A stretch of 64,000 nucleotides of DNA from a virus, in the IMG/VR virus record IMGVR_UViG_3300012148_000003; one strand, written 5' to 3'. Each line of letters begins with the position of its first letter. Positions within the stretch are counted from its first letter, which is position 1. Position numbers and translations under genes: made by a program. The notes under the pieces are model-generated. The model did no database searches, was not told the DNA's origin, and saw only the letters and a program-made list of their open reading frames with translations. Shown piece after piece: positions 39,707 through 47,038 of this stretch.

Positions 39707-40459
39707 TTATGAGAAGCTTGCCTCCGGCACCTCTTCTGGTGTTACACTTTCAATTTCATCGGTTGTGTTGATATGTAATTTACATGACGATCTCTTCAAT
39801 TTTAGTATTAATACTTCAAATACTCCCATATATCGAAGAGAGTTGATATTCGGCTCCTGATTATAATCAATATCCCAATTATTTATCTCCTGGGTTTTCC
39901 ATCTACTAATTGGAATAGAGAAATTCATTTTTTCATCATGATCACATTCAAAGATCACATTTGCTTTCTTAAAACTTGACCAATTACGAGTTTTTTCATC
40001 AAATTCTACAGTAACAGAACACTCGACAGACTCATATTCTGGTTCCCCGTCATCTGTACAAACCTCCAATCCATTAGTGTCTACATTCTCTTTCACATAA
40101 TCACACCACAGTTCAAAAAGCTTTGATACTGAAATTTCTTTTGTATTATCCTCAATCATTAATTCCTTGAAATTCTCAAGTAACCTTTGATTTTCTGATA
40201 AGCTTGTCTTATTGACAATTTCAGTAAGAATTGTGTCAAGTTTAACAAGGTGATCTGAAAAGTCATGTTTTTCAATGGCCGGGATCATGACACTTGAAAC
40301 TTTTTCTTTGATTACTTTACCAATATCACCGTAACTCCGGAATAAATCATCCATTGCCTCATTAATACCTTTTTCAAATTTGGCAGCAATGATGTTTTCA
40401 ATTGTTCCGTCTGTCAACTTTTCCCGAATTACTCCACTAATGCTTTCTTCTAAATTCAT
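39707..40459 (-). CDS. Hypothetical phage protein
   Basis: 250-aa ORF with RBS. Confidence 0.7.
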   Translation of the reverse strand: MNLEESISGVIREKLTDGTIENIIAAKFEKGINEAMDDLFRSYGDIGKVIKEKVSSVMIPAIEKHDFSDHLVKLDTILTEIVNKTSLSENQRLLENFKELMIEDNTKEISVSKLFELWCDYVKENVDTNGLEVCTDDGEPEYESVECSVTVEFDEKTRNWSSFKKANVIFECDHDEKMNFSIPISRWKTQEINNWDIDYNQEPNINSLRYMGVFEVLILKLKRSSCKLHINTTDEIESVTPEEVPEASFS

Positions 40460-40472
40460 TTATTCTCCTTCT

Positions 40473-41264
40473 TTAATGCAGCCAGTCATTATCTAAATAA
40501 TAAAATCCATATAAGACACCAGCCGTTAATACAATCCAAAATATCCAAAACAGAACAAGACCGCCGCCAGATTCTAATCTGTCAATCGTTTTATTAATAT
40601 CCATATCCCGATAAAAACGTGTATTGTCAGATATTGTCTCATCTCGCAAATCTGTAAAAATCGTTCCTACATACTTGGTTTGGCAGCCGTAATATTTGAA
40701 TCTAACTTTTACAAACTCACCAGAATGCCAGCTATACACTCTGTCACCCTTTAAAGTTTCTACATAATCACTACTTGGAATGTCAATTTTATTGTATGGG
40801 AACGTAATTCCTTGGAACATTAATTCACGTGCATGTTTTGATTCACTATGCTCAACGTCCCACTGGTAATAAATTTCTGTTTCTTTATATTCCTTCCCGT
40901 CCTTATCTTTCTTAGTTACTTCTCTTTCATGACGATTATAATGTTCTTCAACCTTTTCAATATAGATATACTCGCCGCCAATTTCTGGATATGTAACAGT
41001 GTCAACAGCTTCTAAATTGCCGTAAACAAATGCATTCCCAACATTTGTACTCATGCCATATTGAAATAAGTCAGCAGTATTTATTTTTGCAGCTTTATTA
41101 TAAATCTCATTCTGATCCATTTGATGTTCTGCTATATTTCCTGAAAACCAAAATCCAATTAAAAACATAGCAACTATAATCGAAATGCTAAGAATAATTT
41201 CATTTCTTGTTATTTCAAAATTACCAAAATCAAAATTCTTTCTTCGATAGTGTTTCATAATCAC
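40473..41264 (-). CDS. Membrane protein with two TM segments, coupled to lemA
   Basis: N- and C-terminal hydrophobic helices; overlaps the lemA stop. Confidence 0.75.
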   Translation of the reverse strand: MIMKHYRRKNFDFGNFEITRNEIILSISIIVAMFLIGFWFSGNIAEHQMDQNEIYNKAAKINTADLFQYGMSTNVGNAFVYGNLEAVDTVTYPEIGGEYIYIEKVEEHYNRHEREVTKKDKDGKEYKETEIYYQWDVEHSESKHARELMFQGITFPYNKIDIPSSDYVETLKGDRVYSWHSGEFVKVRFKYYGCQTKYVGTIFTDLRDETISDNTRFYRDMDINKTIDRLESGGGLVLFWIFWIVLTAGVLYGFYYLDNDWLH

Positions 41265-41812
41265 TCACCAAAAAGATTCTGTGGTGCATCAACAGGAGCA
41301 TTATAATTTAAGTATGTATATTCTTGTACCTCATATCCCAACATATTTAAGAAGGATCTGGTTGGAAACTTTCGTACATAGCGGTTATATTCCTTAATCT
41401 GCTTATTATAATTGCTCCGATATTCAGCAATTAAATTTTCTGTCATTGCCAGCTCATTCATAAGCTGCTTGTAGTTTTCATTAGATTTCAACTCTGGGTA
41501 TGCTTCACCAACTGCTGAAATAACAGTTGTTACATTCTCAATATCCCCAGATGAACTACGACCATTTACAATTGCTGTAAGTGTTTCTGCTTCATGTTTG
41601 TCATACTGTTTAACACAATCAGCAAGGTTATACACCAGGTCTACCCTTCGTTTTTCTTGAACATTAATATCTGAAGCTGCTGTATTTACTTGTTCCTCTA
41701 ATACAATTGCCTTGTTCTGTGAACTCTGAATTCCGAATACACATAGTAAAATAACTGAGATAATTGTTACTACAGTAATTAGTGGTAACTTCCAATTCAT
41801 TTCTTTGATCAT
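41261..41812 (-). CDS. lemA: LemA family protein
   Basis: N-terminal TM, QEKRRVDLVYNL, EAYPELKSNENY, ENLIAEYRSNYN, KFP. Confidence 0.88.
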   Translation of the reverse strand: MIKEMNWKLPLITVVTIISVILLCVFGIQSSQNKAIVLEEQVNTAASDINVQEKRRVDLVYNLADCVKQYDKHEAETLTAIVNGRSSSGDIENVTTVISAVGEAYPELKSNENYKQLMNELAMTENLIAEYRSNYNKQIKEYNRYVRKFPTRSFLNMLGYEVQEYTYLNYNAPVDAPQNLFGE

Positions 41813-41840
41813 TTGTTTGACATTCTCCTTTTATTGTTTT

Positions 41841-41930
41841 TTAATATCCACTATTTTTAATACATAAAGCTATTGTAGTCACAGTTAATGTAACACCAAC
41901 TACTACACCTAATATAAAACAACCAAGCAT
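41841..41930 (-). CDS. 29-aa single-TM peptide (not in the track)
   Basis: MLGCFILGVVVGVTLTVTTIALCIKNSGY with GAAGGA RBS. Confidence 0.55.
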   Translation of the reverse strand: MLGCFILGVVVGVTLTVTTIALCIKNSGY

Positions 41931-42108
41931 AATATCCTTCCTTCCCTTTGAAACCAATCTTTTAACTGTTACCTGAATTTTGAGCATACTTGACCAATGC
42001 TCCTATACCGGAACACCCCCTTATTTACAATTCAGTTTTTCTTGGATTATTTTGATGCATAACATTTTGTGCGCGTGTCTGACTGTCAGATCAGAATATG
42101 ATAATTCA

Positions 42109-42160
42109 TTAACACCCTTTAGAATGAAGTCTCCCTTCTTCTATAAATGGAATAGTTGAC
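42109..42160 (+). mobile_element. IS200/IS605-type right-end-like remnant, copy 2
   Basis: GAAGTCTCCCTTCTTCTATAAATGGAATAGTTGAC; aligns with 35301-35350. Confidence 0.45.
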
Positions 42161-42573
42161 TATTTCCCTTCATACTTTTCTTTTAATGATTCATATAGGG
42201 CTTTCTGCTTTTGTTCCCATTTTTCTTTCTGCAATTGCTTTTCTTTCTTTTCCTTTTCCTCTAACTGATGTTTAGCAGCTGCAACCTTTTGAATAAACTC
42301 TTCTTTCCAATCATCCGAAACCAATTCTGAAAATAAAATACTATAATGATGTGTTTCATGCCCACCAAACGCCCATGTTTCTTCTATTTCAAATTCTACA
42401 GAATCTTCATTAAAACAAAAATCCTTTAAATACTCATTGCGAACCTTATAATTATTCCAAATTAATTTTTCTGGATCATTTGCACTTTTCCAGTTAATAA
42501 CATTGCTGCATTTTTCATCTAATGCACTCATAAAAGCATTCATTAGTTTCAGGTTCTCCATTGTAATATCCAT
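42160..42573 (-). CDS. Hypothetical phage protein
   Basis: 137-aa ORF with RBS. Confidence 0.65.
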   Translation of the reverse strand: MDITMENLKLMNAFMSALDEKCSNVINWKSANDPEKLIWNNYKVRNEYLKDFCFNEDSVEFEIEETWAFGGHETHHYSILFSELVSDDWKEEFIQKVAAAKHQLEEKEKKEKQLQKEKWEQKQKALYESLKEKYEGK

Positions 42574-42589
42574 AATTAAACTCCTTTAT

Positions 42590-43054
42590 TTATGATTTAT
42601 ACCATCCAAATTCTGCAAAACCACCACACCACATACCACCAGATTCCTTGAACCATAATTTGCTTATACTGTCTTTTCTATCCATTAGTCTACACAGTAG
42701 TTTGATAAAAGACTTGTATTCCCGTTTACCTATAGGAAAGTAAACTATTATACTGCAATCTCTGGTTTTGTTAAAAAATTTCGTAGGATCAATACCGACT
42801 CTCACTTTGTCTTTAAAAAAGTCCATACCTATCGCGATCCCATTATTTTTCAGTGTGGAAATAGATGTCCCATATTTTTTACAATCGTCACCAAGATTCC
42901 AAGATAAATCTTCTTCTGAAGCATTATTGAAAAATCCGTCCCTGTAAATAAAATCAATGAATTCTTTGTATTCAGTATTGTCTAACTCATTGGAAATTTT
43001 GTCTTTTAGCTGTTTCAGTCTTGCAATCTTTTCTTCTGTCAATTTAATCACCAT
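42590..43054 (-). CDS. Hypothetical phage protein
   Basis: 154-aa ORF. Confidence 0.65.
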   Translation of the reverse strand: MVIKLTEEKIARLKQLKDKISNELDNTEYKEFIDFIYRDGFFNNASEEDLSWNLGDDCKKYGTSISTLKNNGIAIGMDFFKDKVRVGIDPTKFFNKTRDCSIIVYFPIGKREYKSFIKLLCRLMDRKDSISKLWFKESGGMWCGGFAEFGWYKS

Positions 43055-43072
43055 CCATGTATTGATTAACTA

Positions 43073-43477
43073 CTACAACAAATAAGGTAATGCAGCTAAA
43101 TACTTTTCTTTTAATTTATCCGTCAAAGTCTCTGTCTGAGTCAGATGATCTTTCATATCTGCTAACTTCACCCAATATGCTTCAGGATAAATAATTGCAT
43201 TTTCTCTGATTTGTTTGATGTAATCTATGTAGTTCATATTTTGGGGTTTGGTTAACAATAATAAACATTTACGGAAATATGTATTGCTCAAATTATTTAT
43301 CTCATATTCTGTATCCTCTAACAAATCGTGCATGATAGCCAATGTCTCACAACAATCTTTGATATATGATGGTATTACTGGATTTTCTTTAACATAGTTG
43401 GCAACACGCATTACATGATCATATCCATCTCTCGTATAATAATCGCTTGCTATTTTTTCAACATATAACTTATCCAT
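43073..43477 (-). CDS. HD-domain protein, RelA/SpoT hydrolase (Mesh1)-like
   Basis: HVMRVA, AIMHDLLEDT, LLTK, VKLADMKDH. Confidence 0.75.
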   Translation of the reverse strand: MDKLYVEKIASDYYTRDGYDHVMRVANYVKENPVIPSYIKDCCETLAIMHDLLEDTEYEINNLSNTYFRKCLLLLTKPQNMNYIDYIKQIRENAIIYPEAYWVKLADMKDHLTQTETLTDKLKEKYLAALPYLL

Positions 43478-43501
43478 ATCCCTCTCTTTCCGGTGAAAGA
43501 T

Positions 43502-43708
43502 CTATTTAATGAATCTCATAAGTAAATTAAAAACATTAAATATTATTGCAAAAATCCACATCACTGAAATATAATTGATCATTGTTCCATCATAGAGCAT
43601 ATTTTCTTTTTTTATCTTCTTATAAATTGGAAATCCTACAATCCAAATAACCCACACCAATAAACATATTGTTTGTAATATAATAAGTAATTTCATTTTT
43701 TTCACCAT
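43502..43708 (-). CDS. Small two-TM membrane protein
   Basis: Two hydrophobic helices. Confidence 0.6.
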   Translation of the reverse strand: MVKKMKLLIILQTICLLVWVIWIVGFPIYKKIKKENMLYDGTMINYISVMWIFAIIFNVFNLLMRFIK

Positions 43709-43899
43709 CCCAAAGTATATTTTTTACGAAAATCCATGATAGCATTTCCAATTTTACGTGTCAGAAATGAGTAGCTAAATGACTGAATTTTATGTAAAAT
43801 ATTATCTATAAATTGCTGTACCTTGTATTTCCTACAAGTATCACCGTATGACAGACACCTGATACGGTTAGCACAGCCAAAACACATATAACTTTTCAA
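43702..43899 (-). CDS. Small Cys-containing hypothetical protein
   Basis: CFGC..C...C. Confidence 0.5.
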   Translation of the reverse strand: MKSYMCFGCANRIRCLSYGDTCRKYKVQQFIDNILHKIQSFSYSFLTRKIGNAIMDFRKKYTLGW

Positions 43900-43940
43900 T
43901 TTATACCTCCCTCCGTTAAAAGTGGAATTTCAACTTGTTA

Positions 43941-44900
43941 TCAGAATAACCAATTATCTTCTCTTACTTTAAATGCATCACCACATTGTATAATGTCTGG
44001 GTAATTATATTTTGCAATAGCTTTAGCCCATTTATCAATTTCATAAGCCTTATATGTAATATTTGTATATCCCAATCTATCTAATACATATCTGCCAGTA
44101 CCTATTCCATCATATAAAGATAGAACTTCTATAGGATAATCCTTTGAGATATTTATACCAGATAGAATATGAATGATAACATTTGCTACCCAACCATTTC
44201 CAGAACATTCATATCTCCATCTTTCTGGAATTTCAATTATATTATTATCCTCATCAGCACCATACTGTGTATATTTTACTGGCATATTAAATAGTTTTTC
44301 TACTTCTTCTGGAGTTAATTGCCTTATACAACCAATCTGATTTTCGTATACTTTTCTATCATCTTCTTTCCAAAGATTTTTTTGGTATTCCGGTGTGCAA
44401 TTTTCAAAAACTGCTTGCCCCATACTTTTCCCAAAGTATCTTCTTCTCAGATAGTCTTGACTTCCTTGAAAACCAGCATATCTCCGGGCAATACATAGAG
44501 ACTTTTCTCTATCTACTACTCCACTATCAATACAATCAGATAATTTAATTTTCATATCTTGTGGCTGTTCAACATCAAGATTAGTCCAATAAACCCTCTT
44601 TCTCGTCTGTCCACTTACTAAGGCCGCATCAATCATTACATAAGGAACTCCAAGATATTTACTTACTTCATCTTTGACCGATTGTGAAATTGAATGATTA
44701 TTTTCAACCATAAACACATCTGGTTTAAATTTTTCTTTTACAATTACTCCATTTAAAAATAATTCCCATCCCTCACCGCTGTTAGGTTCGGTTTCTCGTC
44801 TGTCTGCTCTTTGACATACACTAAATTTTGTGCATGGAAAACCAAATATTAATAATCTTAAAGGTCTACCATTTAAACTTTTCGTTTTATTATCTTTCAT
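43941..44900 (-). CDS. C5-cytosine DNA methyltransferase, circularly permuted (motifs IV-X then I-III)
   Basis: GFPC (IV) at the N-terminus, then ENN, QTRKR, RQLTPEE, GNGW; the C-terminus carries LSLYDGIG (I), YEID (II), GDA (III). Confidence 0.88.
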   Translation of the reverse strand: MKDNKTKSLNGRPLRLLIFGFPCTKFSVCQRADRRETEPNSGEGWELFLNGVIVKEKFKPDVFMVENNHSISQSVKDEVSKYLGVPYVMIDAALVSGQTRKRVYWTNLDVEQPQDMKIKLSDCIDSGVVDREKSLCIARRYAGFQGSQDYLRRRYFGKSMGQAVFENCTPEYQKNLWKEDDRKVYENQIGCIRQLTPEEVEKLFNMPVKYTQYGADEDNNIIEIPERWRYECSGNGWVANVIIHILSGINISKDYPIEVLSLYDGIGTGRYVLDRLGYTNITYKAYEIDKWAKAIAKYNYPDIIQCGDAFKVREDNWLF

Positions 44901-45074
44901 TTATTACCTTGTATTCCAAGGCCATGCATAGCTTCTCAACCGGTATTACTTGTACTTTCCTTTCGTTTATGTAATATTTTTGTTCGCTTTTATCAGATGT
45001 TCATGACCACCAGATAAAACGAAAATTTGTTCTTTTTAATTTTTTTCGAGATAAGAACAATTTCCTTACCCCAA

Positions 45075-45155
45075 TCGGAAGAGCGGGAGTTGAACCCACA
45101 TACCCAAGCCAAGTTGATCGTGCGCACAACGCTTTACCGGTTAAGCTATCTTCCG
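45075..45155 (-). tRNA. Degenerate tRNA-like gene with irregular anticodon arm
   Basis: Acceptor CGGAAGA/TCTTCCG, D-arm GCTT-AACCGGTA-AAGC, T-arm GTGGG-TTCAACT-CCCGC; bulged anticodon stem, no U33. Confidence 0.65.
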
Positions 45156-45159
45156 AGGT

Positions 45160-45196
45160 GTGCCCGGATTACATCGGATTATGCAAATCCGGACAC
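45160..45196 (-). other. Long stable hairpin between the ROOL-like RNA and the degenerate tRNA
   Basis: GTGTCCGGAT/ATCCGGGCAC plus TGCAT/ATGTA. Confidence 0.7.
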
Positions 45197-45204
45197 TATT
45201 TTTT

Positions 45205-45780
45205 TAAGCTCGGCCGAGCTTTTCTGTAACGAAGCTTCAAGGACTCCGTTTGAGCGGCTGCATGAGCGTACCCACCAGTTTTCCGACACCATATTTTTCT
45301 TTTAGAGGACGCTTTAGGGACGGCCCTTGAGACTTCTAAACCAATAAATCCTCCGGCTTAGTTCTTCACCCCTCTTGTAAGTCTGATAGTTCTGGGTTCT
45401 TGTAAGTCTGATAGTTCTGGGTTCTGCAGAAACCTTTGTTGTGAAGCTTTAAGGACTTCATTTGAGTGTATAGGCCTACACACCTACAATCTTATAAATA
45501 GGATAGGTAAGAGGACACAGCTACCAAGACATATCGTCATATGAATGATACTCTGTCATCTATACCACTGATCCCCTGTGAAAAGATTGTCTCCCACCAT
45601 TAACTTTGACAAAGCTTGAAGGACTTTGCTTGAGGCTGATACTTGTCGTTCCCACGCGCCCGACCCACCTACTTTTTGTTACGGGTCGGGAACTATGCAA
45701 CACGACACTCATAGTTTGTATTACCGTTCCGCTGCCCTTGCTGTCAGCCGAATGTCTATGTTAGTACTCACCACCTATTT
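45205..45780 (-). ncRNA. ROOL-like large structured RNA (~575 nt)
   Basis: Non-coding and hairpin-rich in a prophage tRNA island. Ordered blocks CAAGTATC, AAGTCCTT, CACAGGGGATCAGTGGTAT, TCTTGGTAGCTGTGTC, AAGATTGTAGGTGT, CAAAGG, GGTGAAGA, TGTCGG..AACTG, GTTACAG match ROOL sequences as I recall them; ends approximate. Confidence 0.8.
45373..45422 (+). repeat. Perfect 25-bp tandem duplication inside the ROOL-like RNA
   Basis: TCTTGTAAGTCTGATAGTTCTGGGT at 45373-45397 and 45398-45422. Confidence 0.95.
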
Positions 45781-45804
45781 GTTTTGTTTTTTGAAATAAT
45801 TGAC

Positions 45805-45916
45805 TTGAATTAGTCATCCGAAATTGTTATAATAAAGATAACAACTTGGATTATTCCTTGTTGATTGTATAAGCACTCTGTCACTCGCCAAAGTTAAGCA
45901 GAGTGCTTTTTATTTT
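45805..45916 (+). ncRNA. Candidate ~75-nt antisense sRNA unit (promoter plus terminator)
   Basis: TTGAAT-N17-TATAAT with TG; terminator AAGCACTCTG/CAGAGTGCTT followed by a T tract. Confidence 0.6.
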
Positions 45917-45926
45917 GTAATAAAAA

Positions 45927-46223
45927 TCATCCGTCAAATTGATTAACAAATGTCTTAAACTCTTGAAAATCTGCTCTGGTCATTATAATATCAGAATAGT
46001 AGAAATCTTTGTTTCTGATAATTGCCCAGATTTTCTTTATCTTTTCCCGCAAACACCGGGAAGCTCCACGTTGATCGCGATAAAAATTACTATTAAAATA
46101 ACTCACAAAAGCGAAATATCCATAACTATCATCGATCCTGATATGTACACCTTCGTCACAACCGCATTTACACGAAACTATTAATTCTTTCTTGTTTTTG
46201 GTTAATAATACTGACATCACCAT
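45927..46223 (-). CDS. Hypothetical phage protein
   Basis: CKCGC motif; GGAG RBS. Confidence 0.7.
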   Translation of the reverse strand: MVMSVLLTKNKKELIVSCKCGCDEGVHIRIDDSYGYFAFVSYFNSNFYRDQRGASRCLREKIKKIWAIIRNKDFYYSDIIMTRADFQEFKTFVNQFDG

Positions 46224-46267
46224 TCTCCTTTTAAAATGTAATTAGAACATTCACGTATTGTTCCAAA

Positions 46268-46341
46268 TGGACTTTGCAGGACTCGAACCTGCGGTCGACC
46301 GGTTATGAGCCGGTTGCTCTAACCAACTGAGCTAAAAGTCC
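46268..46341 (-). tRNA. tRNA with CAT anticodon, tRNA-Ile2 type; no encoded CCA
   Basis: GGACTTT-TAGCTCAGTTGGTTAGAGCA-ACCGG-CTCATAA-CCGGT...GCAGG-TTCGAGT-CCTGC-AAAGTCC-A. Confidence 0.92.
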
Positions 46342-46344
46342 AAA

Positions 46345-46700
46345 TTTGTTTTTCTAAGTATTAGTGAAGTATGCCAGTTACAGCTATTAAATCTCTGACA
46401 CACCTCATTGACTTATATGCCAATTATTAGCACTACGCAACGGTTCTCGTAGAGGAATAAATATAACATTTACACATGTATATGTGTTTTATATATTCAC
46501 ACCTTAAGAAGTTTGCCGCCTTACTAAAATGTCCCCCTGCTGCGAGTAAACTTCTCGAAACTGCAATTGTTAGGAGGGTGCTATATGTGTCCAAACGGGG
46601 CACCTTAATCCCGTTTGTAAGCGATTTTTTTGAAATTTTTTAATGTGCTCCTATTGTGTTTAACAATAGGCTTTCGGGCAACCGCTGTTCCTAACACAAG
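46345..46700 (-). ncRNA. Candidate structured RNA between the pseudo-tRNA and tRNA-Ile2
   Basis: Several 7-8 bp stems and a possible pseudoknot; no ORF. Confidence 0.5.
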
Positions 46701-46772
46701 AACCACCACGAGGAATCGAACCTCAAATCGCTGAAGAAGACAAGTACAACGTACCGCATTACTTTGGTGGTT
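46701..46772 (-). pseudogene. tRNA remnant or mimic with acceptor stem and T-arm only
   Basis: AACCACCA/TGGTGGTT and TGAGG-TTCGATT-CCTCG; D and anticodon arms are not recognisable. Confidence 0.6.
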
Positions 46773-46930
46773 TTTTTGTAATAATCTTTTTTTGACGGAC
46801 TTATGACTGTCATTTTTGTCAAGTGCTTTATTTTTTTGTAACTTTTTTGGTGTTTTGTTTGCAAGAATATTTTGTGTTTACAACCATTCGACTGTCAGAT
46901 CATAATGGCCGTTTCTTGTTTACTATAGTC

Positions 46931-46959
46931 ATGATAACACACTTTCCATATCTTGTCAA
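46931..46959 (-). promoter_or_regulatory. Promoter of the RNA island: TTGACA-N17-TATCAT with TG
   Basis: -35 at 46954-46959, -10 at 46931-46936. Confidence 0.7.
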
Positions 46960-46979
46960 TAAGAATTTTTATTGTTTTA

Positions 46980-47005
46980 CGAACATTTTTTCGAACATTT
47001 TTTCG
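46980..47005. promoter_or_regulatory. Two overlapping LexA-box-like 14-mers CGAACATTTTTTCG
   Basis: Copies at 46980 and 46992; one mismatch to GAAC-N4-GTTC. Confidence 0.5.
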
Positions 47006-47038
47006 GATATATATTTCGGACTATTTTAGCAACTATTT

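Noticed and set aside
11674-44900. Restriction-modification systems
   Set aside because: No restriction endonuclease genes next to any of the three methyltransferases; they appear to be orphans.
45781-45930. Complete type I toxin-antitoxin locus
   Set aside because: No small hydrophobic toxin ORF with an RBS on either strand.
46569-46695. HDV-like theta, pistol, twister or hammerhead ribozyme
   Set aside because: Core consensus nucleotides and helix spacing could not be matched by eye; left as an unassigned structure.
46794-46822. Second promoter for the RNA island
   Set aside because: TTGACA is present but there is no acceptable -10 at 16-18 bp.
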